Below are positions 1-13,894 of a DNA stretch of 64,000 nt, piece by piece; within the stretch, counting starts at the first letter, position 1; each line of letters starts with the position of its first letter. The notes under the pieces were generated by a model. The model was given only the letters and a program-made list of their open reading frames with translations. It had not been told where the DNA came from and ran no database searches. Source of the DNA: Azolla caroliniana (lineage: Eukaryota; Plantae; Polypodiophyta). The stretch is taken from the NCBI GenBank assembly GCA_043228905.1, contig JBHGNT010000001.1:3720001-3784000 (forward strand), in the 5' to 3' direction. The position numbers and the translations under genes are program-made.

Positions 1-1075
1 ATGTGGTTGTATGCAAAAGAACTTGTTGCAAGACTACTATGGGATCCGGGGGGTCGGTTCTGGACATATTCCTTGGGGGAACAGATCATAATGGTTCCCT
101 TCTTTCAGTATTCAATAAAGCTAGGAAGGTCATTACTAAGGTCTATGAATGTAATGGCGCCAGCAGCACAAAAACATTGGACTAATTGGGGTGTTTCAAC
201 GTTGTAGTTGAAAACATATTGGAGATGGATCTAGTCTTTCAAGGGGCCCTCTAAATTTATTCTTTTTAGACGGTTATTAATGCATGCAACATTACCAGTT
301 CGCTAGACATTAAAAGGGAATGTAGCACATAATCTCAGGCAATGTGGATTTTGCTATGCAACGCCGGAGACTACTAAGCATGCCCTTTGGTCTTGTCCCT
401 TGACTCAACAAGTATGGTATAAAGTTATTTCTTTATTCCTAACAATCAATGTTGGTTGCTTGTTCTCATGGGGAGCAACAGTGTGGGGAATTTTACACTC
501 CAGCTTGATGTTGTACGAGGTGATGATATACAAGAGGCCATGACGGTACATAACAAAAGATTGATATCAGTTAGTCCATTTCAACAACCTCGAAAGCATG
601 TGCGATCTGTCCAAATCTGGAAAACTGTGACTACGATAACATTATGGGTATTATGGAAATGTAGATGCAATCGACTTTACAATGCCGCAAAACTTGGTCT
701 TCTAGAGGTATTGCTTGAGATATGGGAAACATTGTTGAGAGTAGTTCATGGGCAATATGATAACATGTGCGGTTCTCCAAAAAATATTCATAAAAGAAGG
801 ATGAAGATTCTTCACTTATGGAGGAAGGTGCCTCTCTTTGTAGTGACAAATCAAAGACCTCCATGGAATTATTATCTTCCATGGACCCTTTCTTGATACA
901 AAACCAGCATTCTAATGTACCGTTTAAGGTTCAACAGCCCTGTATAAGTTGTTTTTTTATGTACAGGTTTATGTGTACATACATTACGTTGTAAGCCTAC
1001 AAGCAGGTAACTTTTACTTGTATTTTTTTTATATTTTTAGTACTATTGAAGAAAATCTTTCAAGGAAAAAAAAAA
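1..1075 (+). mobile_element. Decayed 3' end of a LINE (L1-like non-LTR retrotransposon) ORF2 with zf-RVT domain and poly(A) tail
   Basis: Positions ~220-420 translate as WRWI*SFKGPSKFILFRRLLMHATLPVR*...QCGFCYATPETTKHALWSCPLTQQVW, the zf-RVT CxxC..E..H...C..W pattern, with in-frame TAG stops. Downstream ITLWVLWKCRCNRLY resembles the plant LINE W.IW..RN motif. An A10 run lies at 1066-1075. Confidence 0.85.
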
Positions 1076-2399
1076 TAGCCACTTGTTTAGCTCGTGTTTT
1101 TTCTACTTCAAATTTTAGGATACAATGCCTTACTTGACATTATAGTAGTGAAACTTTCATTCATATCATTAACTTCACTATTATAATCATGTGTTTATGG
1201 GCACCACTGTTGTTACGAGCATTACCACGCTTTATCCAAGTGTATAGAATACTACGGTACAATCTTACCACGGGATATTATATGATCATGCCCGTAACAA
1301 CTGTGCAGATGCTTATTTGTATTGTACATTACGTCTTGACTACTAGTGTATTGTTACAATCAAGGAAATTAGATTTCGCCAAATTGACAAGTCATAGACA
1401 AGTATGTTAAACACTTATTCATCGACTACAAAGTTATCCCCGGTTGGTAACTTCTTTACAAGAAGTTACCACCATCTATTGTCGTCATTTTGCGTGCATC
1501 AATTGAGAAATTGGTTATGGCACTTTCGTTATTTAATTGATTGACTCTAACTCCTTTAACATCTCTTATGCATAGGTCTAATACTAGACTTTATAAGCTA
1601 TTGAATGCTAGGCTTTATGAACTATTCATAATTAGTAGAACGCTTCATATTTGTACTAGTTGTTTAGATTTTTCCTCCGACCACTTTATGTTTTTTATGT
1701 CTCTCATGTTGCACAGTTGTACTCTATGTTTGAATGTGATATGTAATTATTCTTTACCGCATGGTTGAATTTCTTACCTAAAATATAATGCATTGCAAAA
1801 ACAAATCATATGGCTCAAAATCTTGAACAAAGCGATGTAGTTAAGCTCTGCCACATATCTCCCTCATTTTATATATAAATTGTACTACAATTCTGAAATC
1901 ACCCTACTCATTTGGAATTTCAAATGTGCTTGTAAAAGTTTAATGATGGATTATCTTATTATGGTTCTCAAATACTTCCTTGCAAATAACCATATCGTGT
2001 GCGCTTAATTTCTTCTTTCAACGATTTCTATTAGCTATTGAGTTTCTTAATTCTTTACACTCCATTCTATGTTATCAACTACATTAATTTTGCACACCAC
2101 CGTGACAAATTCTTCGTCACAAAACATTAAATCAATACCAGGCCTTTATCAAGAAATTAACCGAAAAGGTTGGATGGATGAAGTTTTCACCTTATTAATA
2201 ATTGATCAATCCTGAAATGATATTGGCAAAAGAGATTAAAGTATTTATTAAGGGAGATACTTCATGGATCAAGTTAGAAGAATTTGTGGTGTGGATTGAA
2301 AGGATGGAAAATGAACCATCGTGATCTTCTAAAGGAAACTTTATGAAACATTCAACTCTAAATGTTAACCGAAGGGAATGTGTGACTATAAATAAAATA

Positions 2400-3500
2400 T
2401 GCACACTGTCCAAAAAATAGATTGTTTGTAAATACAAATTGATTTGGTTTTCTTAGAATACACTTAAGGGAACAACTATCTATATGGGCTATCCAATAAC
2501 AAAGACTACGACCGCAAACACTATGCAATTTGATGTTGTGTTCTTAGAATATCCACACATTTTTATGTCTATTTGATGGAGTAATAGACTAAGCACATCC
2601 TTGCATACATCCACGATTTCTTTTTTGAACATGATTTTGATAGAGTAAGAGAGTTGATATATTATTACACCAAGCCAAGAGAAATAGTATGTTCCTTTGA
2701 CATCACCTCAAAGGTCATCTTCTCATGGAGAGCTCATCATAGCTTTTATCACTATTCACTCATTTTCTTTAAGCATAAATTTTCGTCCTAAACTCCTCTA
2801 GCTTTTAGGTAAACTATTGTTTGTCATTAAATTATCACAAATGTAACTTTCCACCATGGCTAATACATTCACCTTGTTTCCATGTGTTGAATTGATTGTG
2901 CTTCTATCATACTAAATCATCTCCTATTGCCCATGTTTTCACACCACGTGTTATTTTTGTATGCATTATGATGATCATTGACCATTTTATGGCATACAAG
3001 AGAAGAACTTTACCTTTTTCAAAGTACTAATGTCTTTGCACTTTAATTTACTGTCTCACGCTCAATTGATGTAGAATCTCAAATAGTGTAAGTTGTGTCC
3101 CTTTTTTTCAATCGTATATTATTGTCCCCCTCCATTATTACATTATACGTCATATCATAAAGAATTCATTGACTATTGTTTTATGTTGTAGCAAACAAGG
3201 GTTTGTTTCGAGCTTAAATAGGTATATGCCACCATTTTAGTTATGTTTTCCTCAAATGGAGTCTGGGACAATCATTCATCCATTACCCCATCGTAAGAAT
3301 CCATTTTACTCTTTTTCCCACGCCTAGAGTTGCGAATATTTTGAAATGAAGAAAAATTGGTACCAAGCTTTGTGTGTGCACACTTAGCGATGCTTGCACA
3401 ACATGATAGTCATATATGCTTGATGAAGGAGTGAAACAATGGAATTTGATGTGTATAAGGGAGCGCTTGACTCGAAACAATTCAAGTAAGAGTGATGTGC
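2400..3500 (-). mobile_element. Possible highly degenerate Ty3/gypsy pol (RNaseH/integrase) remnant
   Basis: Only faint minus-strand fragments, e.g. HGNKVNVLAMV near 2850-2885 resembling the G..N..AD motif. No intact ORF; boundaries are approximate. Confidence 0.25.
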
Positions 3501-5046
3501 ACATAGAAATTCCCTACAAAAACAATCTGTGACCTCAATTGCAAAGCAAGATCCTAGTTTGGTGAGTTAGGAAGGCATGATAATCCTTAACCATGATCAA
3601 TCACGCAGAACTTGCAAAATCCCCAACTCTTGTTAGTAAGGCTTCATAACACAATAACTCATTGTTTCTTTATTTTTCTTGTTCTTTAAAACTTGCTACC
3701 AACTCAAAATTTACTTTGAAAATTGAGTTAAAGAAATAATAGTATATGTACATGCAATAGACGTGGATCATTCTACATCTAACCTATTGATCCACCCAAT
3801 TATATATAAATATCTAAACTAAGTAATTACATGCAAAAAGAAGAAGCAATTACATGCAATTGTAAGATCATACTTATATGTGTCGTGAACTATTGTATAA
3901 AATACAACTTTATGTCCAATTGTTTTGATGACAAAAGACTAAACTATGCCGCCCGATTTATTTGCCTATGACGATTCATATAATCAAGGGGGATATGTCA
4001 ATGTGAAAACATAATTGATGGGTTACCGAGTATTAGTTAATAATCCAAATGGAGCTATGGCACGTGTGTAAAAAAAGGTGCAAATAGTGCTAAAAGAATT
4101 CAATTGATAGGTCAAAATCAAAGGCAAAGCTAAACATTGATCATTTTATTTTATGGGATACCCTTAAAATTGTATGGGCCTACAATTGAATGAGGCTTTC
4201 CTATATAAAGTTGAATTGTTGTTTTAACCATTAGGTTACAACCTTATTGGTGTGATTTATGTGCTTCAAGTCCTCTCAATAAGGGGTCCACCTTTTGGCA
4301 TATTTGAAAAGACCACAATCTATGGATGGGTTTTTACATTTAAATCTCGGCTTTTGTGCGCGAAAATTGTAATGGCCGCTTTGACATTCTAACCATATCA
4401 TGTTACAACCTCTTTTGTGATGGGTTAACTCCAAATATGGGGTCCAGCATCCACCTTCCATGGTCTCTTTACCATCTAGAAAGGTAAGCAATTCCCATGG
4501 GGGGCTTATATATATATACCAAAGATTGAATCTCGTGCAATAAGCTCGAGTTGTCGTTTACCTAAGTTCTCAAAATGAAGACGCAACTAACTCGGTGACA
4601 TGAGTTATGAACTTCAAATAAATTTGTGTATGCAAATAAGCCCTTTCTGATGTAAGCACAGACCTAGGATCCCGATGTCCAGTCGGTCATTGGAGTGCAC
4701 CAACCTCATACTGCAGGCCGGCACCAATGTGAGTGGGTCAACATTAGGGAGACTTGAATCTTTGAAAGGTTCAATGGAACCACAAAATCCATCCAAAGAT
4801 TTCTCTTTAGATTCTAAGATTAAAGAATAATGACACCCTATTCAGAAAAAAAAAACAAAAACAAAACAATCAGACAAAAAGGAAGATGGAAAGCAGAACG
4901 GAGAGGATATATATATATTCAAGTCATAAACGTACAATAATATAAGCTGTCTACTGCATCCCCTGCTATCCTTCAGGTTGTCTTTTGATGGGCATTCGTT
5001 TGATCTCTTCTTATGTTCTCTGATTTCCTTTCCTTTTTTGCGGGTT

Positions 5047-7569
5047 ATGGCAGCAAAGGCATTCCCTCTTCTTAATCTCCTCTCTGAAGATATAGGAGGC
5101 CATCAAGCAAAGAGGGGCCTGTTATGTGAACCAGCCGATCCTTCAGTTCCCCTCCCTCTTAAATCTAGGCAGACTTCTTTAGTTTCTTGTAAACAGATCT
5201 TTGATCAGATCAATTCTAATGCAGACACTGACTGTGGAGGTATGTCTTATTACACCTTCGTGCGCCATCTCTTCTTGCTCTATGAATACCCTGGTTTCTT
5301 TGTTGCTTTCAGTGCCTCATCAGGTATTTCATACATAGATATCTAGGTACTGTGGCACTGCAACTTCTAGAACTCATATAGTACGTACAAAACGCATGTA
5401 CGTACTTACCTATGTACGTATATATGCATGTGCGTATATCTGTATGCATGTATGTACGAGAGTGTATGTATGGTGTGTATATATGTGTGTATGTATGGGT
5501 ATGTGTGCCTGGCATTGTGGCTTCCATAACTCATGTGTCATGTAAATGTGTGTGTGCATATGTCCATGTATATATAAGTATGCATATAGCAGAGATTATT
5601 GTATGTATGTATGTATATTTCTGTATGTATGTATGTATGTAATAAGCTGATCTGGGTCTTGTAGGCTTGAGATACACCAATTTAAAATCATTTGATGAAA
5701 AGAGTACCCTGTTACAGCAGGTTTGTTAGGGATTAGGGCTCAAGCATCAACATTTCCATGGCATGCGAATCCTTCTTCAGAGGTAAGGGCCAGATTCAAC
5801 ACAAATTTCATTTAAGAAATGGATTTTGTGAATCAAGATCAATTGCAAGTTAATGTACATTTCATGAGCACACATATGTAAGCTTCACTTGGATGGTTCT
5901 TGCAGCATTCAATGTATCTCTCAGAGTTCAATAAATGTCCAAACAGAAGTCAAGTTGACCCCCTTGTATCTACACCATTGTTTTTGCAGCACGCCTCAGA
6001 AAATGCAAATCTACCTCTCAGCGCAGAAAGGATTCCACAAGTCATGTTCGGGTAAATTATTTTGATTAGCATGAGTACTACTGTGTTAGCATGCATGCAT
6101 TGCAATGCATGTGTACACCATGGAAATTAGTCATATGAGGTTATAGGAACCAAGGAAACGATCCTTAATTTGAGCATGTGTGATATTTGAGATGACGATG
6201 TTGTCACATGGCTTCTAAAATCTTCTAACCTCCTTGTAACTTCTAGAAGGTTCCCAAGGTGGTTAGGAACCAACCTTACATGGAGATGTCAACAGGGTTG
6301 GCTTGCAAGTAGTCTAGAAGCTTCTTGTTCTTGCTCCACAACATTCTCCTCTAATAACATGCTAATTTAATGTTTTGTATGATTTAGATATGACCAGTCA
6401 AGCCCATCTTTGAGACAGCCATGCGCTCAACTGACTATCTTCTATTCAGGGACTGTGCACGTATACGATAATGTCCCCGCAGACATGGTAATCGTAAAAT
6501 AGCGGCTTGGCTCTTTTTTCTACTGTTTAAAATAAAGCAAATTTCATCCTTTCAAAAAAGGAAGAAGAATATAAATGTAGAATTTTCCAGAGCAGGAAAC
6601 TGTAAGGATTTTCGAGACAGAAACTGCCGAAAAATAGTCAAGCTCTTTTTCTTCTTTTTTTGAAACTTGTTTGTTCTAGGTAAATGCCATTATGCTATTG
6701 GCAGGTTCGATGAATAAGTCATCATACCAAGAGAGAGAAGTACCTCAACTACAATCATCTTCTTCGTCTCCAACAAGAACAGTAAACATGGCAACGGGAT
6801 TTAATATGCCCAACAAAGCTCCCAATAGTCTAGCCAATGATGTTGCTTCGTCACTATCACCACGACAGACATTCCTACCTTGTGAACTGAAACTACATTG
6901 TACTTCACTAAAGAGGCCACCTCCAGCTGCAATAGGTATTTTTGTATACTGTTTTTTTATGTAGATTTCTATATGCTTCATAAATTTCTTGCGGTTTTGG
7001 GCTTTGGTTTTAGAGCTTCCACATGCACGGAAAGTGTCCTTGGCACGCTTTTTAGAGAAAAGAAAAGAGAGGTAAGACCTTGCAATAAATGATAACATTT
7101 CAATGTATTTTCTTATTTTGGTGTGATATAAAAACTCAGACTCATTGTCTCATTTACCATGCCATATTAGCATTTGATGGTTTGCTCCTCCAAAACAAAA
7201 TGTTTGCAAAATGCCCATTTTCTAGGCTTTTGGAAACTTTTGGTGTTAATTTTTACAATCAACGTAGTTTTTGATAGTTTACCAAATTTTACAGTATTAG
7301 CAAAAGAAATGTGATGGACATCAAAATATTAGCTCCATATAAAACTCGGTTGTTGAGATATAAATTCACCCGATCATTTATGAATCATGGCCGACTATAT
7401 TGTAGCATTGTTGATATCACAATGTTCATCATGAAGAATTATAATGGGTTCACCATTGACTTTCACTTGCAGGAGTGTGAAGGTACAACATGAGATTAAT
7501 GGGGTAATAAAGGGAGATGAAAACCGAGCTTATCCAAACATAAAGCAATGCATTTCGTCAAGTCCTTAA
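5047..7569 (+). CDS. JAZ: JAZ / TIFY-family jasmonate signalling repressor
   Basis: Phase-consistent exons 5047-5239, 5665-5720 (or 5703-5782), 5990-6051, 6388-6487, 6680-6935, 7014-7071, 7473-7569. They encode the TIFY/ZIM motif AQLTIFYSGTVHVYDNVPADM|VNAIMLLAG and the Jas motif ELPHARKVSLARFLEKRKER, followed by the conserved Jas intron. Confidence 0.93.
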
Positions 7570-8507
7570 AAGCCAATTATCAACCAACCACTATAATAAA
7601 GACCAGAACATTAATGCAACAACTTGTTGCTTGTAAAATAATATTCTTGTCGGCTCGGAATTGACAACACATTCTAAGATTACGTGATGAATTTTGACCA
7701 TTATTACTGTTCACATGTAACTTGAGAATGAGGATAACATTTGATCAACAAAGTTTTCCGGTTCCCTATTTACAATCAAAAGCTTCATCATTTTAAATGT
7801 TAATGTACTTATACTAAATGCATCTTATCTTATTTATTTTTCCCTGAGTAGTACAATAATTTAAACCTTAGTACATACGTATTTCATTGGGATGCTATTC
7901 CCTTTTGGTCCTTACTACATAAATAAATTTATGGTTATTTTTTGGCATAATTTAGAGAAACGTTGAGAAATCAATCGGTGTCAAATGTCAAATGAATTTT
8001 TTTTGGGAAACAAAATGTCGAATGAATGAAAACCATAAAGTTTACAAAATATGCTTGAAAAGCATAGGTGTGTTAAGTCTATCCAAAGTTTAACAAATCA
8101 CAAAGCAATGTGTAGAATGTGCATGTTAACCACCCAATAGGAACTTGGGCTCATCATTCATGTATGAAAATGTGGGCAACCTCATGGATCTTAACTAGCC
8201 TCTATCCATAAATAGATGCCTAAGGAGCTCGTGCCAACAAATGACTTTACAATCATGTTCACACTTGGTTTCTTTACTTTTGATAATGTGTCTCTTTTTA
8301 TGGTGGCACATACAAGTAATAGTGGCTCAAACATGTGTTTCAACTTCAATGTTTCTTTACTACGAATAGTGTTCAAATGTTTCTTGATATATGTCAATTT
8401 ATTGAAGTAAAACGTTAGTATATTTGTGTGATTAGGAATCTCCCTGTTGATTGCTACACATAATCAATGTAAAAAAGGTGAGGATGCATAATGGTTTGCG
8501 TGAATAA

Positions 8508-8704
8508 CATTTTAACAACATACACCACAAATTTGACAGAAATCTTTGGATAACTGAAGCTAATACATCACAAATTTGATACTTGAGAGAAAAATACATT
8601 ATTATTCATTTTAACAACGTACACCACAAACTTGATAGAAATCTTTGGATAACTAAAGCTAATACATCACAAATTTGATACTTTAGAGAAAAATACATTA
8701 TATG
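8508..8704. repeat. Tandem duplication, 2 x ~99 bp
   Basis: cattttaacaac.tacaccacaaa.ttga.agaaatctttggataact.aagctaatacatcacaaatttgatactt.agagaaaaatacattat occurs at ~8508 and ~8607. Confidence 0.9.
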
Positions 8705-8860
8705 ATAATAAGGTTGGATTCTATACTTTAAATAAGAAAGTCTTGGAATATCTTCTAGAGGAGATAAAATATATGTAAACAAGTCTACTCATTTGGGGTT
8801 CATGCCATGCCCCAGTTATATACATACATGCATGCATATACATATATTGTATACATATAT

Positions 8861-8893
<33 letters not shown>

Positions 8894-10672
8894 TATAATT
8901 ATACTAGTACACACACACACATATAATTATACTTGTACATATGAATCATTTCATTGGGAAATGACGAAAAGAGGAAGAAGAAATGGCCTACACATATGTG
9001 ATCACAAGCTATGCTTGTACGCATGGCTAGATACATCATATTGGCTCTCCCTAGGTTCTTATCATTTGTGAACAAATGTACAACCATATAAGTTAGTTTT
9101 TAAGGCAATTTGGTATAGAAAATTAGAAGCAGGATAAGGAAACACTTTTGTGGCTACAAATATTAACTTATAATTTGTTGGAATTGATTGAAGTGTAATA
9201 TAATATAGCATACACACGTGACAACCATACTTATACCGATTAGAGGATTGCAATCATGAAAATTTCTAACATTAGCAAAATCATGCGTCTAGGTTAGGTA
9301 ATGAGTCGTTCTCTCAACTCTGTTTATAGGGTGGAACAACTAAAGTAATTTGACACATCAATATGGTGAAAACTACTATCTTTTGATCATATGACATAGT
9401 AGGAACCTAAGAGTTGGGGCAACTAGTGCACATATACGTCGTGTATGAGGAGTAGGGGTTAATACATGGTCTGTATAGTTCACATGGTTGTACATGTGTG
9501 TAGGGGAGACCCATGTATGATAGTCACATGTGGGCATAAGCATTTGGAAAAGATGAAGTATGTGATTATTGGAAGGTGGAAAAATATCATCTCCATGACC
9601 TACATGCGAGCTACGACGATAGCGATATGTGGGTATATTAGTGATTGCCATGTTGATGAGGTCATTATAACCTCAATTGTGGTTGTAGAAACAATGGTGA
9701 CGTATCATGTCCTTGATTAACAATTACTGACACCATGATCGAGAAAGTTCCATTATCCTTTAAGAATTTTGGAGTGGAAGAAAACTAGATGGTGCTATAC
9801 CTTCCACACACACAACCTCTCTCGTCTCTTTTGAGATTTTACACTCTCCTTGTACTTTCTCTAGGTAAATTACCGATCAAAAACAGGGATGCAACACATG
9901 TACAGGAGGGAGGGATTTGGTAAAAATACTTATAAACCGTTGATGATCATAAAAGCTATTGCATCTACAATCAATCTCTACGAGCTTATCTCATGAAGTA
10001 CAAGCCTCGGGGCTTTTGGTCATTAAAATACGGGTGACACGATGATGTATGTACAAGTGAGAGAGCGAGGGCGAGAGTATATTCGTTAACGGGCCGGGAA
10101 TACCTTTTGTCTCATAATGTGGGAAATTGTGAGCCCATGATATAAGTAAACAAATGGCATACACAAATGCATGGGTTTGTAGATAGCTCCCAAGATAAGG
10201 AGCAAAACGAAAAGGGTTATTAGGCTATGCACGGTCCAATACACCATCAATCATCGCTTTTATTCAGGAAGGCCAAATCTCTGTACTTCCAAATACCAGA
10301 GATCCTGGCCATGGTCTCTCAGCTGCAGCGACAAAACTTGCTAATATTCTATTAGGTATCACCACATTTCTGTTTCAAAATGATTCATCATGTCATCATC
10401 TCTGATTTTAAATCGGCCCCTTGTCATGTCATCTTCTCTGTTTTAATGGATCCGTTATCATGTCATCATCTCTGTTTTATTGGATCCGTTACCATGTCAT
10501 GCTATCATAATGTTTTTTTTTTAAGCTGTTTCTTTCGTATCATATCCCCTTTTGAATGGATTTATTCCATTTTTCTGTGTTAAAAAGAAAAAGAACCTAT
10601 GCTTGATTATATGCAGAGATTAATTCAATGGTTCAGACTGTTCTACCAATAAGGCCGCATATTGTTTCATCT

Positions 10673-10863
10673 ATGGATTCGCACAAAGAATCAACCACCC
10701 CAGATTCACCAGGTACGAGAGTTATTCATTATCTCAAGAGCTCTATCTCTAATTAACATGTGAGCTCCAGAGATATGAATAGAAGCATGAATAAGGAAGA
10801 AAAAATACTATCAGATGGAGAAGAAGTAGATGAGAGTGAGGAATATATAAAGGTTATTACCAA

Positions 10864-10899
<36 letters not shown>

Positions 10900-11892
10900 G
10901 CTTCGACTCTGATACCAATTTTCAACCGAATGTGAAGCTTTCTGATAAGTCATCAAAATTAGGTACTCAATATGGTATTGAAGGAAAAGAGGATCACCAA
11001 CAAAGCGGGTGGGCTATAGGAAAGAGTGTTCTAGAGGTTTCGAGAACACTCTTTCACATGAAGGATATTCTTATAGAGAAAGTTGCTAGTGCTAGACCTA
11101 GCCTTCCGACCGATACACTGGAGCATGCACGACGCTCTATCGAGTCTATGATTGTCGAGGCCAGTCAATCCGCATATGGGAGAACTCGAGATATAATGCT
11201 ACGGATCCGATTGCTTCTCGTTGAGCACATACCATCTCTCTCCCCCCAAGAATCCAAGAAGGTCAGAATTTGTTCCTCTTTTCTTAGCTGGTCTTAAGGA
11301 ATAACATATACATGGTCATAGGTGTATATAGGCATAAACATGCATATATTATATATACATGTACTTCTAGAATTACAAGTATATGTACATATAGGTCTAC
11401 ATTCATAAACACATAAATTCTTTGCCAATATGCCATCTCACATTTCTTCTTTTCCATGTTGTAAACATAGTTGCACATGTGTGTAAGAAGATGTATGTAC
11501 ACCTATGGGCATACCTACATGTACATTTGCATACACTTATATGAACACATAGTGATACACGTACATGTATGCTGTGTATACATATTGCATACATGTACGA
11601 GCATTCATTTCAAGTAGGTTCCTTCAATCTGAACTAACCATTCTGGTGTTTAGTTTCGTGATAGATAGTAGATGATGTCGAACGAGAGATTCTTGATTCA
11701 TCATTAAACCAAGCCACCAATGGGAACACCAATCCAACGGAGAAGGTGATGGACGGAAGAAACACAGAAGTGATAACAGAACGGTCTTCAACAGCATCAG
11801 CTACAACAAATCCTAGGTTCCCACAGTTGTCGATGTTCGCCACAAATATGGATCGTATAAAATCATGGCCTTTGTTTAGGTCCCGTTTATAG
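10673..11892 (+). CDS. Uncharacterised ~188-aa protein with C-terminal PTS1 (SRL*), putative peroxisomal matrix protein
   Basis: Exons 10673-10712, 10963-11261, 11665-11892 join in frame with GT-AG borders: MDSHKESTTPDSP|GTQYG...ARPSLPTDTLEHARRSIESMIVEASQSAYGRTRDIMLRIRLLLVEHIPSLSPQESKK|IVDDVEREIL...KSWPLFRSRL*. Confidence 0.8.
10864..10898. repeat. (TAG)n microsatellite in intron 1 of the PTS1 gene
   Basis: Direct reading. Confidence 0.95.
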
Positions 11893-13479
11893 GTCATTTA
11901 TGGCCTCATCTTTGATCTATTTGTAGATAACAAATGTTTATAAGAGCTTTGGTACAAAGAAAGTTATTTCTTGTGAACGTTTTCTACTATCTGAGGTTAT
12001 GGGTTATATGCATCATTCAGCAGACCACAACTGCTGCCATAAGCTGGCAGATATCTATTTGGTTGAATATGGATATAGAGCTCTGTTGGTACGCAAACAC
12101 TCTAATAATAAATATGTTAATTGGATCTTATTTCATGCAGAGTTGTGATTGAAAAATACACCAATGATAGTAAATCCTATAAATTGAAGTGAACGTTTGG
12201 AAGTTAATGAATTTATGAAGATACAATTCTGTTACAGAAAATAGCTTCTCTTTTATATATAGAAGTGTGCTATGGCTAGCCATTCTTATGGATAGAATGT
12301 TGCACTACCAGGCTTTCAATGTGAGGCTGACTTGCATGCAACGCAATCTTGCAAATAGTATGAACCATACACGAATGTTTCAATCATTTGTGTAAGAAAA
12401 ACACCCTCAAAGAATGATAAATACCATACTTTTGGATTAACTATTTATTATGAGGTAAATAAGCCTAAACAATGGGAAAAAACAAAAAAAACATGAATGT
12501 TTTAATAACATTCGCATTTGTTTTCCAACGTAGGAAAACGAATGTTGTGCTAGACGAACGCGAATTTTACGTACTATTATATTGCATATCTTTTTAAAAA
12601 TCAGCTAGGCAATCAGGTATAGAGTTCAATATAGATCATTATTGAGCCCCCTTAATGCACATATTTGGACATGCTCACATCCACGGAAAGTAAGCCCATT
12701 ACTCACAGTGGATGCCAATGGCTAATCATAGTACCCAAGGGAACAATGTCCATGCATTGTGAACCCTGGAGCCCACTATCCCATTGCTTCAGAGGTTCAT
12801 GAATGTTTTAGTTTCTACCATCAACCCTGCCTACCTTCAACATAAAACCCATGAAATTGCATATACAGATACATCCTCTCAATGAACCTGAGAAGTGCTA
12901 TGCAATTTTGTAACATAGAAAGAATGTCTTTAACATAAAATCCATTAAAGAAGTTGATTAATAATTATATACATCTTCTCAATTAAACCAGTTGATGCCA
13001 CATAACTTTGAGATATGGACAATTAATTTTTAGCTCCTTGCAACACTAGGTTCTTCTCTATCATTGCCTGAAAACCCCTTTTGTGCTTGTATATAAATGT
13101 TACTAGTATGCTGGTCCCCTGTTAGTTCACCATGATTAATTCAGGCTTATTAGGTAACAGGAACAGAGGTACCCTAAGAATAATCCATCAGATAGATTTC
13201 AGTTTATTCTCATGGTAACAAGGCTTTTGAATTGAAGTCACATGCAGAATCCTCACAATTCAGAAACATTGCGTTTGCTACCTTCACCAATTACACAGTT
13301 TTGCATTACGTACTTCTCATTCCCTACTTTTGATCAACGAACAGAAATAGGACATTTGCAACCATGAAACTTCACAATAGACAAAATTTTAATATATGTC
13401 AAATTCGGTTTCCCATTTGGAAGTACATTAGTAACTATAAAATAGAACGAAAAAACCCAGAAGTAATAAATAATACACC

Positions 13480-13692
13480 CAGATTTAAAAATATGTCCAT
13501 ACTAAATAACATCTCCACTCATGTTACAAGCATTATAAATGCAAAAGATGAAGAGGCAAAGAAAAATCCAGTTCCCAATGTCGTATAAAGCAGATTTAAA
13601 TATATGTCCATATTAAATAACATCTCCACTCATGCTACAAGCATTATAAGTGCAAAAGATGAAGAGGCGAAGGAAAATCCAGTTCCCAATGT
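13480..13692. repeat. Tandem duplication, 2 x ~111 bp, downstream of or in the 3' region of TMA7
   Basis: cagatttaaa.atatgtccata.taaataacatctccactcatg.tacaagcattata...aaaatccagttcccaatgt occurs at ~13480 and ~13591. Confidence 0.9.
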
Positions 13693-13894
13693 TTAATAAC
13701 GCAGGCCAAGTTATCATCAGGCTCACAACATTATAATGCAACATGCATAAGCATGGAAGGAAAGCCATTGGTTACCATGCATTCAAATCATTCCAAATTC
13801 ATCATTATGTTTTCAACATTATAGTGGACAGAAGAATTCAAAGGCCATAAAATAGATCTCCATATTTAATTATCAATCCATTGCATAGTAGTTT

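Noticed and set aside
5309-5642. ORFs rich in Y/V/C/M/H/T (also ~8793 and ~11284-11594)
   Set aside because: Artefacts of (TA/TG/CA)n low-complexity intronic or intergenic sequence.
10775-10912. Coding-looking stretch MNRSMNKEEKILSDGEEVDESEEYIKVITNSSSS... and a tRNA-Met PBS-like motif (ctctgatacca) in intron 1 of the PTS1 gene
   Set aside because: No splice combination I found keeps frame with exon 2, and no LTR is visible beside the PBS-like motif.
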